Below, one piece after another: positions 1 to 7,895 of a DNA stretch of 60,144 nt (positions within the stretch are counted from its first letter, which is position 1; every line of letters starts with the position of its first letter). Source of the DNA: Candidatus Methylomirabilota bacterium (GTDB taxonomy: Bacteria > Methylomirabilota > Methylomirabilia > Rokubacteriales > CSP1-6); contig DASYTM010000034.1 in the NCBI GenBank assembly GCA_036002345.1, positions 1-60,144 of the forward strand. The letters run 5' to 3'. The notes beneath the pieces are model-generated. The model made no database searches and was not told where the DNA came from. It saw only the letters and a program-made list of their open reading frames with translations. Position numbers and translations under genes: made by a program.

Positions 1-146
1 GCGGCGGGCCGGGCCGCATCGAACTCGAGCGATCCCTCGAGCGCGCGAAAGCCCGTGCGGTACGTCGAGAAGCCCATGTAGTCGAGCGAGAACTCGACGC
101 TCGAGTGCACCGGATCGATGGTCCATGTCGCAAGCGTGGTCACCAT
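1..146 (-). CDS. YceI family protein, N-terminal part only (gene runs off the left edge)
   Basis: Not in the ORF track because it is edge-truncated. Reverse strand from ATG at 146 reads MVTTLATWTIDPVHSSVEFSLDYMGFSTYRTGFRALEGSLEFD, the W-x-IDP-x-HS-x-V-x-F opening typical of YceI-like proteins. AAGGAG (153-158) lies 6 nt upstream. The start overlaps the stop of the upstream MFS gene by 7 nt. Confidence 0.6.
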   Translation of the reverse strand, partial: MVTTLATWTIDPVHSSVEFSLDYMGFSTYRTGFRALEGSLEFDAARPA

Positions 147-1405
147 GGTGATCTCCTTTGGTCCGAGATGTCGATCGCGCTGACAAGCGTGGATCGCCTG
201 CGGTGCACGCGGCGCCGATCGCCCATGAGCAGGGCCAGCATGGCGAGCCCGCCCGCGCCCCAGACGAAGAACGCGGCGCTCACGCTGGAGCGCTCGGCGA
301 CGGCGCCGATCAGCGGGGCGGCGATCGGGAAGCAACCGCCGTGGATCAGCGTGAAGAGACTCATGACCCGTCCCCGCAGCTCCTCCGACGCGTCGAGCTG
401 GAGCGACGTTTGGCAGCCGGCCGAGGCGATCACGCCGGTGTAGCCGAGCACGAACAGAGCCGCCGCGGCGAGCCAGACGCTCTCGATGAGGCACAGCGCC
501 AGCAGCACCGCGCACGCGGCGGCCGCGCTGGCGTCGAGCAGCGCCAGCGGCGGGTGGCGGGACACGACGGTGCCGATCGTGAAGGCGCCGCAGACGGCGC
601 CCACTCCGACCACGGCCAGGAGGAAGCCGAACCCTTGCGCGCCCTGGCCGAGAACGTTCCGGGCCAGCAGCGGGACCCAGATACTGAAGTTGAAGACGCA
701 GAAGCTGATCACGAAGAGCACCCCGAGCACCGCGCGGATCTCGGGCGTGTGCAGCGCGTACGACACGCCCTCCGCGATGTCCTGACGGATGGTCGTCGGG
801 CGCGCGCGGGACGGGCGACCCTCCGCGCCGACCATGGCCAGCGTGGCGAGGACGAGCAGGTGGCCCGCGCCGCTGAGGACGAACGCCGGCGCCACGCCGG
901 CGCCGGCGATGACGAGGCCGGCCGCGGCGGGCCCCACGATCCGGGCGCCGTTGAACGCCGCCGAGCTCAGCGCGACCGCGTTGACCACGTCGTCCCGACC
1001 CACCGTCTCGTTCACGAACGACTGTCGCACCACGTTGAAGAGCGTGTTGGTGAGGCCCGCGCACACCGCCAGGACGCCGACGTGCCAGTACGCAACCACG
1101 CCGGTCGCCACCAGCGCGGCGACGGTGAGCGCTGTGCATGCCTGCGCGGCCTGGGTCGCGATGAGCAGGCGGCGCTTGGCCACGCGGTCGGCGATGGCGC
1201 CGCTGGGGAGGGCCAGCAACAATATCGGGCCCCAGTGCAGCATGCTGATGAGTCCCAGCAGCAGCGGCGAGTTCGTGAGCGACAGGATCAGCCAGGTCTG
1301 GGCCACCGAGTGCATCCAGGTCGCGATCTGGGAGGTCGTCTGGGCGACGAAGAAGACGCGGAAGTCCCGAGAGCGCAGCGAGCGAAAGGCCTCGGGCAGG
1401 CGCAT
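140..1405 (-). CDS. MFS transporter (MFS_3/EntS-like)
   Basis: 421-aa ORF with multi-helix hydrophobic composition. N-terminus MRLPEAFRSLRSRDFRVFFVAQTTSQ is typical of this MFS subfamily. Paralogue of the gene at 31403-32605. Confidence 0.85.
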   Translation of the reverse strand: MRLPEAFRSLRSRDFRVFFVAQTTSQIATWMHSVAQTWLILSLTNSPLLLGLISMLHWGPILLLALPSGAIADRVAKRRLLIATQAAQACTALTVAALVATGVVAYWHVGVLAVCAGLTNTLFNVVRQSFVNETVGRDDVVNAVALSSAAFNGARIVGPAAAGLVIAGAGVAPAFVLSGAGHLLVLATLAMVGAEGRPSRARPTTIRQDIAEGVSYALHTPEIRAVLGVLFVISFCVFNFSIWVPLLARNVLGQGAQGFGFLLAVVGVGAVCGAFTIGTVVSRHPPLALLDASAAAACAVLLALCLIESVWLAAAALFVLGYTGVIASAGCQTSLQLDASEELRGRVMSLFTLIHGGCFPIAAPLIGAVAERSSVSAAFFVWGAGGLAMLALLMGDRRRVHRRRSTLVSAIDISDQRRSPW

Positions 1406-1416
1406 CTATCGGGGCA

Positions 1417-1965
1417 TCAGTGTTTGCCGGGCCGCCGGCCTCGCCCGGACTGGGGCACCTCGGGTAGCGGCTGGCCGAAGCGCCAGCGGTGGCCCTCGAG
1501 GTCGAGCGCCCAGTAGGTGCGCTCGCCCCAGGAGTGGTCGCGCAGCTCGTCCGCGATCCGTGCACCCGCGGCGACGGCACGCCGATAGTGCGCATCAACG
1601 TCGTCGACATCCACGCTGATGAACTGGCTCTCGACGCCGCCGCTCATGGGGCTGATCGCGCCGTGGTGGCCCTGCCCGCCGACCCCGATCAGGCTGTTGC
1701 CGAACTCCACCGTCGCATGGAGAAGCTCGCCGTCCGCGCTCACGAACCGCGCGGTCGGAATCTCGCGGAACCCGAACGCGCGCTCCAGGAACGACAGCGC
1801 GGCGCGGATGTCCTGATACGGCACTTGAGGCACGATCGTCGGTCGGCGCTTGGGCTCGGCCTCCCGTCGGATTGCTGCCATGAGCACGGCCTTTCCTCGT
1901 TCGAGCGCCGCCGGGTCGAACGCGGCCTCGCGCCGCAGCTTCCTCGCCAGGTCCACCGGCTTCAT
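1417..1965 (-). CDS. VOC (glyoxalase/bleomycin-resistance fold) domain protein with about 45-aa N-terminal extension; possible sigma-factor partner
   Basis: Internal ATG at 1965 of ORF 1417-2316; the upstream part of that ORF is Arg/Ala/Gly shadow. Sequence reads MKPVDLARKLRREAAFDPAALERGKAVLMAAIRRE, then a VOC-like core (VPYQDIRAALSFLERAFGF...HATVEFGNSLI...WGERTYWALDLEGHRWRF). ATGA overlap with the sigma-factor stop. Confidence 0.7.
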   Translation of the reverse strand: MKPVDLARKLRREAAFDPAALERGKAVLMAAIRREAEPKRRPTIVPQVPYQDIRAALSFLERAFGFREIPTARFVSADGELLHATVEFGNSLIGVGGQGHHGAISPMSGGVESQFISVDVDDVDAHYRRAVAAGARIADELRDHSWGERTYWALDLEGHRWRFGQPLPEVPQSGRGRRPGKH

Positions 1966-2531
1966 TGCGCCCTCACCCTGTCTTTCCCCTTCGCCTCGAG
2001 CAGTTCGCGCAGGCGCGCGCGGGCGCGGTTGAGCCGCGAGCGCACCGTGCCGATCGGCAGCTCGAGCGCCTCGGCCACGCCCTGGTACGGGAGCTCCTCC
2101 CACGCGAAGAGCAGGAGCGCCTCGCGCTCGCCGTCCGGCAGCGCCTCGATCGCGCCGGCCACGCGCGAGAACAGCACGCGCGCGTCGAGCGCCCGGGCGC
2201 TCGCGCGCCTGTCCACCGCCTCCAGACCCGCCGCGATCCGCGCGCTCGCGCGCAGCCACCGCGCCTCGCCGCGCCGGTGCTTCGCCAATAGATTCGAGCC
2301 GATCCCGTATAGCCACGGGAGCGCGCTCGCGCGCGACGCGTCGAACGTCTTGCGCCGCTCGAACGCGATCCGGAACAGCTCGCCGACCAATCCCTCTGCC
2401 ACCTTGGCGCCCGCCCGGCGGCCCAGGAAGCGCAACAGGGTGGCCGCGTGGCGGTCGTAGATCAGCCCGAAGGCCTCGGGCTCGCCCAGCGAGCGGCCGA
2501 TCACCTCCGCGTCAGAGGGAGAGTCCATCAC
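1962..2531 (-). CDS. ECF-type RNA polymerase sigma-70 family factor
   Basis: 189 aa. Region 2 (FGLIYDRHAATLLRFL...ELFRIAFERR) and region 4 HTH (LPDGEREALLLFAWEELPYQGVAEALELPIGTVRSRLNRARARLRE). GGGAAGG SD upstream. Confidence 0.9.
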   Translation of the reverse strand: MMDSPSDAEVIGRSLGEPEAFGLIYDRHAATLLRFLGRRAGAKVAEGLVGELFRIAFERRKTFDASRASALPWLYGIGSNLLAKHRRGEARWLRASARIAAGLEAVDRRASARALDARVLFSRVAGAIEALPDGEREALLLFAWEELPYQGVAEALELPIGTVRSRLNRARARLRELLEAKGKDRVRAQ

Positions 2532-2595
2532 CTTCCCTTTCCCGATCGCGGAGTTGGGTTCGCGGGCAGCGAAACGATCTTTGCCGGCCTCCGGG

Positions 2596-3303
2596 TCAGC
2601 CGCCGCGTCGCCGCTGCGCGGCCAGCCACTCCGCCGCGGGCGGCACGTTCGGATCGCGCGGGCGCAGATTGTAGTAGTCCACGAGCGGAAAGTACGCGTC
2701 CGCGAGCCGGCGCAGCTCGGCCACGGGCGCGGGATGCAGATCGACGCGCAGATCGACCATCGCGTACGGCTCGCGATCCACCACGAAGAGCCCGCTCGAC
2801 ACCTCGCCGTTCGGCTGGCCGCCGGCGGCCTTGCCCGCCTCGAGGGCGCCGAGCAGCCGCTCCCAGAGCGGCCGGTCCGCGCTCTTGCCGAACGCCTCCA
2901 GCATCGCGTCGACGACCTGAGCGCCGACGACCATGTTGGCCGCCACGACGACGTTCTTCTCCACGCGGTGACCCGCCCACGGCTTGTTCTCGGCCCCCGT
3001 GCGCGCGGCCCCGAGGCCGGTCACGTCCAAGCAGCCGAGCTGGCGGCGCTCGACGAACGCGTCGCTCCCGGCGATCTCCGCCAGCGCCCGCGGCGCCGAG
3101 TAGCCCGCGCGGAGCAGGTTCAGGCCGAGGTGCCCCAACCGTGGATTCGTGCTGGCCTGGGTCACCACGGCGCCTACGCCCGGGGCGACGTGGATGCACC
3201 GCGAGCCCACCGCCATCTCGCTGGTGGCGATGGCGATCCCGAACATGCCGGTGCGCTCGCAGCGGCCCACGAGCGAGAACGTGGTGAACTCGATGCCGAT
3301 CAT
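2596..3303 (-). CDS. DUF1028 family (Ntn-hydrolase-like) protein
   Basis: Internal ATG at 3303 of ORF 2596-4533. Reads MIGIEFTTFSLVGRCERTGMFGIAIATSEMAVGSRCIHV, the typical DUF1028 N-terminus. ATGA overlap with the stop of the PrpD-like gene. Confidence 0.8.
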   Translation of the reverse strand: MIGIEFTTFSLVGRCERTGMFGIAIATSEMAVGSRCIHVAPGVGAVVTQASTNPRLGHLGLNLLRAGYSAPRALAEIAGSDAFVERRQLGCLDVTGLGAARTGAENKPWAGHRVEKNVVVAANMVVGAQVVDAMLEAFGKSADRPLWERLLGALEAGKAAGGQPNGEVSSGLFVVDREPYAMVDLRVDLHPAPVAELRRLADAYFPLVDYYNLRPRDPNVPPAAEWLAAQRRRGG

Positions 3304-4760
3304 CGTCGCTCCCCGTGCTCGGCCAGCGTCAACCGGAGGACCGCGTCCACCGAGTCGGACGCGTCGAGCTTCGTGATGGCCCCCACCAGCTCGTCGTAAC
3401 GCGCCGGCGCGATCGGCAGGCCCGGCAGGAAGCGGCGCAGCTCGCGGGCGTCCCGCGCGAAATCCCACATCAGCTCGCGGCCGCCGTATTCGCCCGTGAC
3501 GCGGCGCCCGTCGCGCAGCACCACCGTGAGGCGCGGCGCGAACGTGGGCCGGCCCACCACCCCGAGGATCTCCACGCGCTTCTGGAGCGCGGTGACGCGC
3601 GCGGCCACCCGCGCGTCGGCCGACGCCCCCGCGTCGCGCGGGTCCTCGACGTTGTCCTCCAGCACGGGATAGTCGCCCGTGACCAGCGTGTAGGCCAGCA
3701 TGTAGGCGGTGCGGCCGAACCCGCTGCCGTCGGGGGCGGGCGGGCGGGGAAAGCGCGGCGAGGGATAGAGCGTCTCGAGATGGTTCATCTCGAGGGTCAC
3801 GCGCTCGATCGCGTCCGGCTCGAGCCGGTGTGCGGCGGTCATCTCGTGGGCCAGCCAGATCACCGGCTGATTGAAGCCGGGCGTGGGATAGATCTTGAAC
3901 TTGACGTCGAGGAACTCCCAGCGCCGGCCGAGATCGGCGACGACCTCGCCGAGATCCGCCCGGAGGGCGCCGGTGAAGCTGTAGGTCAGATCGCCGCGGT
4001 GGCTTCCCGTGAAGGCATGGTAGAAGCCGCCTTCGCCTTCGAGCGCCGTCGGCGCGCCCTCGAAGCCTTCGGCGGCGAGCGCGGCCGCCCACATCCCGCT
4101 GCGCGCCGCCTGGGCCTCGGCGAAGTCGGCGTCGCGCGCGCCCGTGCGCTGCCCCTCGATGAGACTGCCGGCGAAGCTCGCGGCGAGCGCGATGGCATTG
4201 GCGGTTCGTGCCGCGTCGAGCCCGAGCAGCTTCGCGGTGGCGGCGGCGCACCCGAGAATGCCGTACACGGGACTCGCGCGAAAGCCGTGGGCCGGCGTGG
4301 ACGGGATGAAATCGCGCGCGCACCGGCACTGCACCTCGTAGCCCGCCGCGAGCGCCACCAGGAGCTCGCGGCCCGTCCGGCCTTCGCCCTCGGCGGTGGC
4401 CAGTCCCGCGGGAACGATGAGGACGCCGGGATGGGTCAGCATGTGATACGAGTCGCACTGGTTGTTGACGGCGACGGCCACGCCGTTGGCAAAGGCCGCG
4501 CCGGCGCGCGTCACGCGCGCGCCATCCCCCCACAGCGTCGCCCCCTGGCCGGCCCCGACCCGGCGGGCGGCGAGCGCCTCGTGCGCGAGCACGGCGCGTC
4601 GTGCCGCCGCGGTCCGTTGCGCGCCGAAGCCGGCCAGGGCGACGGTGACGGCGTGATTCACCACCGCCTTGGCCTTGTCGACGACCGGCGGCGGCAAGTC
4701 TTCGAAGCGCAGGCCGGCGACGAACTCGCCCAGCCCGACCGTCAGCGGCTTTCCGCTCAT
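3300..4760 (-). CDS. MmgE/PrpD family protein (2-methylcitrate dehydratase-like)
   Basis: 486-aa ORF. The LGEFVAGLRFEDLPPPVVDKAKAVVNHAVTVALAG opening and overall length are typical of MmgE/PrpD. Confidence 0.9.
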   Translation of the reverse strand: MSGKPLTVGLGEFVAGLRFEDLPPPVVDKAKAVVNHAVTVALAGFGAQRTAAARRAVLAHEALAARRVGAGQGATLWGDGARVTRAGAAFANGVAVAVNNQCDSYHMLTHPGVLIVPAGLATAEGEGRTGRELLVALAAGYEVQCRCARDFIPSTPAHGFRASPVYGILGCAAATAKLLGLDAARTANAIALAASFAGSLIEGQRTGARDADFAEAQAARSGMWAAALAAEGFEGAPTALEGEGGFYHAFTGSHRGDLTYSFTGALRADLGEVVADLGRRWEFLDVKFKIYPTPGFNQPVIWLAHEMTAAHRLEPDAIERVTLEMNHLETLYPSPRFPRPPAPDGSGFGRTAYMLAYTLVTGDYPVLEDNVEDPRDAGASADARVAARVTALQKRVEILGVVGRPTFAPRLTVVLRDGRRVTGEYGGRELMWDFARDARELRRFLPGLPIAPARYDELVGAITKLDASDSVDAVLRLTLAEHGERR

Positions 4761-5028
4761 CGCGTCACCCGATCAGCGCGCGGCTCGTTAGGCAGATCCT
4801 CTGCGTGGGCATGGCGCAACCCCTTTGAGGCGGTCGGAATGATAGCGCGCCCGCTCAGCCGAATGACTCGAAACCCGCGCGACGAAGTGCGGCAAACGTT
4901 GAATCCAACTCTTCCCCTCCAGGCACGAAGACTGCGAGGCCGTCCCGTCCCCGACATTGCACGAAGAGTGGGATGGCGCCAGAGGCGCCTCGGGAATATC
5001 CGCCTTCACTCTCCCGAAGGCAAGCGCT

Positions 5029-5034
5029 TAGAAT
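5029..5034 (+). promoter_or_regulatory. -10-like TAGAAT, 9 nt upstream of ATG 5044 (leaderless candidate)
   Basis: No SD before the start. TTCACT (5005-5010) lies 18 nt upstream as a weak -35. Confidence 0.35.
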
Positions 5035-5043
5035 GACCGCGCG

Positions 5044-6201
5044 ATGACGCAGACGGCCGAGGTCGTGATCGTGGGCGCCGGGATCATGGGTGCGAGCACC
5101 GCGTACCACCTGGCGCGGCTCGGCGTGGGGCGGGTGGTCGTATTAGAACGCGATACGATATGTTCCGGTTCCACGGCCCTCGCCAGCGGCGGCATCCGCC
5201 ACCAGTACGCGAACCGCCTGGGTGTCGAGCTGACCACGCACAGCATCGTCACGTACGAGCGGTTCCAGGACGAGTTCGGCGTCGACCCGCAGTTCCGGCG
5301 GCACGGCTATCTCATCCTGATCGCGACGGAGGACGAGCTGGCCGTGGCGCGGCGGAGCGTCGCGCTCCAGCAGAGCCTCGGCGTGAGCGTCGAGCTCCTC
5401 GACCCGGCGGCGATCCGCGCGCTGTGCCCGTATCTCCACACCGGCGATCTGCTCGGCGCGACCTACACGCCGCGTGACGGCTACGCCGACCCGTACCTGT
5501 GCGCGACGGCGATCGCCGCCCGCGCGCGTGACCTCGGCGTGGACATCCGGCAGCAGCACGAGGTGCGCGGCTTCATCCGCCACGGCGATCGCGTGACCGG
5601 CGTGACGACCTCCGACGGCGCGTTCGAAGCGCGCGCCGTCGTGATCGCGACCGGGGCGTGGTCAGGCGGCGTCGGCACGCTCGCGGGCGTGGACATTCCC
5701 ATCCGCCCGCACCGGCGCCACAAGTTCATGACCGCGCCGTTTCCGATGGATCAGATCCCGGCCGCCACGCCGTTCGTCATCGACCCGCACAGCAATTTCT
5801 CGCTGCGCCGCGAGGGCGTGGGGCTGCTCCTCGGCCACGGCCGTCGCGACGAGCCCGACAGCTTCAGCACCGAGATCGACCGGAGTCTCGAGCCCGGCGT
5901 GGTCGAGCGCGCGATCCACCGCGCGCCGGTCCTGGCCGACGCCAAGCTGATGCGCGCATACGCCGGCCTGTACGAGATGACGCCGGACCAGACCGGCATC
6001 GTCAGCGCCGTCCCCGGTGTGGCCGGGCTGCACGTCATCGCCGGGTTCAGCGGTCACGGCTTCATGCACGGCCCGATCGCCGGCCAGCTCATGGCCGAGA
6101 TGCTGGTGCACGGCCGCGCCGTCACGATGGACGCCGGCCCGCTGGACATGGCGCGCTTCGCGCGCGGCGAAGCCCACGTGGAGCCGCTGACGTTCGTGTA
6201 A
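5044..6201 (+). CDS. FAD-dependent oxidoreductase (DAO family; sarcosine/glycine oxidase-like)
   Basis: 385 aa. N-terminal Rossmann motif VVIVGAGIMGASTAYHLA...VVLER. C-terminal GFSGHGFMHGP is typical of the DAO family. Confidence 0.9.
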   Translation: MTQTAEVVIVGAGIMGASTAYHLARLGVGRVVVLERDTICSGSTALASGGIRHQYANRLGVELTTHSIVTYERFQDEFGVDPQFRRHGYLILIATEDELAVARRSVALQQSLGVSVELLDPAAIRALCPYLHTGDLLGATYTPRDGYADPYLCATAIAARARDLGVDIRQQHEVRGFIRHGDRVTGVTTSDGAFEARAVVIATGAWSGGVGTLAGVDIPIRPHRRHKFMTAPFPMDQIPAATPFVIDPHSNFSLRREGVGLLLGHGRRDEPDSFSTEIDRSLEPGVVERAIHRAPVLADAKLMRAYAGLYEMTPDQTGIVSAVPGVAGLHVIAGFSGHGFMHGPIAGQLMAEMLVHGRAVTMDAGPLDMARFARGEAHVEPLTFV

Positions 6202-6214
6202 TAGACCGGCGCTG

Positions 6215-6877
6215 TCAAACGGGCCAGGTCTCGCAGCGCAGACCCATGTCCCAGAACATCCACTCGTAGCGGCTCGTCGTCATGAAGTGCTGGCGCATCG
6301 TCTCGCGCTCGGCCTCTGACAGCGAGCCGGCAAGCGTATCGGTCGCGTCGAGGACGGCGCGGACGATGCGGCCGAACTCGTCGGACGCATAGGTGCCGAT
6401 CCAGCGCGCGTAGAGCGGGTCGGGCGAGCCGCGGCGCTCCAGCTCCTTGCCGACCTCCCAGTAGATCCAGTAGCAGGGCAGGAGCGCCGCGACGGCCTCG
6501 TGAAACGGCCGCCCGTACGCGACGGCCAGCAGGTACGACGTGTACGCGGCGTTGGTGGGTGCCAGCGGCGTGGCCAGCACGTCCTGGGGCGTCAGGCCCC
6601 ACTCGGCAAAGAAGCCCTCGTGCAGCGCGCGCTCGACCCTCAGCGCGCCGGCGGCGTGCTCGTTGAACATGATGATCCACTCGTCACGGGGCGCGCGCGC
6701 CGCCGCGATGGCCAGCGAGCGCGCGAAGTCGCGCAGGTAGAGGGCGTCCTGCACCGCGTAGAAGCGGAAGCTCTTCTGCGGCAGCGAGCCCTCGGTGAGG
6801 CCGGCCACGAACGGGTGCTTCAGGATCGCGACGTAGATCGACTCGATCGAGGCCCACAGCTCGGTAGTGAAGGGCAT
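6215..6877 (-). CDS. tenA: TenA/thiaminase II family protein
   Basis: 220 aa. HPFVAGLTEGSLPQKSFRFYAVQDALYLRDFAR and PCYWIYWEVG motifs are typical of the TenA/PqqC-like haem-oxygenase fold. GGGAGA SD. Confidence 0.8.
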   Translation of the reverse strand: MPFTTELWASIESIYVAILKHPFVAGLTEGSLPQKSFRFYAVQDALYLRDFARSLAIAAARAPRDEWIIMFNEHAAGALRVERALHEGFFAEWGLTPQDVLATPLAPTNAAYTSYLLAVAYGRPFHEAVAALLPCYWIYWEVGKELERRGSPDPLYARWIGTYASDEFGRIVRAVLDATDTLAGSLSEAERETMRQHFMTTSRYEWMFWDMGLRCETWPV

Positions 6878-6896
6878 GGTGGTCTCCCGGCGCGTC

Positions 6897-7895
6897 TCAG
6901 CCCAGACGGAACAACCGACGCGGGTTGTCCTCGCCGATGCGCCGGATCTCCTCCGCGCCGAACCCCGCGGCGCGCAGGCTCGTCAGCGGATCGTGGTCGG
7001 CGGGCGGAAACGAATCGTCGCTGCCGATGACGAGGCGCTCGACGCCGACGCGCTCGGCGAGATACCGCAGCGCGCGCGGGTCGTGGAGGATCGTGTCGTA
7101 GTAGAGCCGGCCGAGGTACGCGGACGGGAGCGCCGCCGCGGCGATCCCGGTGGCCGCGCGGTCGCTGCGCTGGAACATCACGTCGAAGCGGCCGATGACG
7201 TACGGCACCGTCCCCCCGCCGTGCGAGAGGATCAGCGTCAGCGCGGGAAACCGATCGAGCACACCCGCGCCGATGAGCGAGCCCACGCAGAGGGTGGTGT
7301 CCACGGTGTACTGCACGATCTGGTTCAGCGCGAAGCGCCGGGTGCGCGGCGTCGGGTTCGGCTGCGCGGGATGCAGGAACACGGGCACGCCGAGCTCGAC
7401 GGCGGCGGCCCAGTACTCGTCGAGCGGCAGCTCGCCGAGGTTCGTGCCCTCCACGTTGGTCGCCGCCACCGCCCCCACCGCGCCGAGCTCCTCCACGGCG
7501 AACTCCAGCTCGCGGGCCGCGGCGGCGGCATCGGGAAGATAGCCGGAGGCGAGGACGGAGAAGTGACGGCCGTGGCGCCGCGCAAAGTCCGCGATCGACT
7601 CGTTCAGCAGCCGGTGCCACGCCGTGCCCTGCGGGGCGTCGAGGCCGTGCGCGTGCATGTCGGTCCACGTCGACAGGATCTCGCGCTCGATCCCGGTAGC
7701 GGCCATGCTGGCGAGGCGCTTCGCGGGCTCCTCGATCAGCTTGGCGAAGAACGGGCGCAGCTTCAGGCCGTAACCGAAATGCAGCGCGTGACACGCGGGC
7801 TCGGTCTCCACCACCGAGACGCCGTAGCGCGCGCCGTCCTTCCGGAGCCGCTCGATCAGCTCCGGCGGCATGTAGTGGGCGTGGACGTCGATCAT
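6897..7895 (-). CDS. Amidohydrolase_2 family protein (ACMSD-like metal-dependent hydrolase/decarboxylase)
   Basis: Internal ATG at 7895 of ORF 6897-9635. MIDVHAHYMPPE opening (H-x-H metal motif), ...ILSHGGG..., GSDDSFP near the C-terminus. ATGA overlap with the upstream Mo-subunit stop. Confidence 0.85.
   Translation of the reverse strand: MIDVHAHYMPPELIERLRKDGARYGVSVVETEPACHALHFGYGLKLRPFFAKLIEEPAKRLASMAATGIEREILSTWTDMHAHGLDAPQGTAWHRLLNESIADFARRHGRHFSVLASGYLPDAAAAARELEFAVEELGAVGAVAATNVEGTNLGELPLDEYWAAAVELGVPVFLHPAQPNPTPRTRRFALNQIVQYTVDTTLCVGSLIGAGVLDRFPALTLILSHGGGTVPYVIGRFDVMFQRSDRAATGIAAAALPSAYLGRLYYDTILHDPRALRYLAERVGVERLVIGSDDSFPPADHDPLTSLRAAGFGAEEIRRIGEDNPRRLFRLG

Noticed and set aside
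2532-2595. Autoregulated ECF promoter (GGAAC-N16-CGT type) upstream of the sigma gene
   Set aside because: Only a GAAC with no correctly spaced -10 element. The gene may be co-transcribed with the upstream DUF1028 and PrpD genes.
4761-5043. Possible glycine (or other) riboswitch upstream of the FAD-dependent (glycine/sarcosine oxidase-like) gene
   Set aside because: Only a loose CCGAAGGCAA resemblance. The conserved GGAGAG...CACCGAAGGGGCAA...CUCAGGCAA core is absent on both strands. It is kept only as an unexplained hairpin finding.
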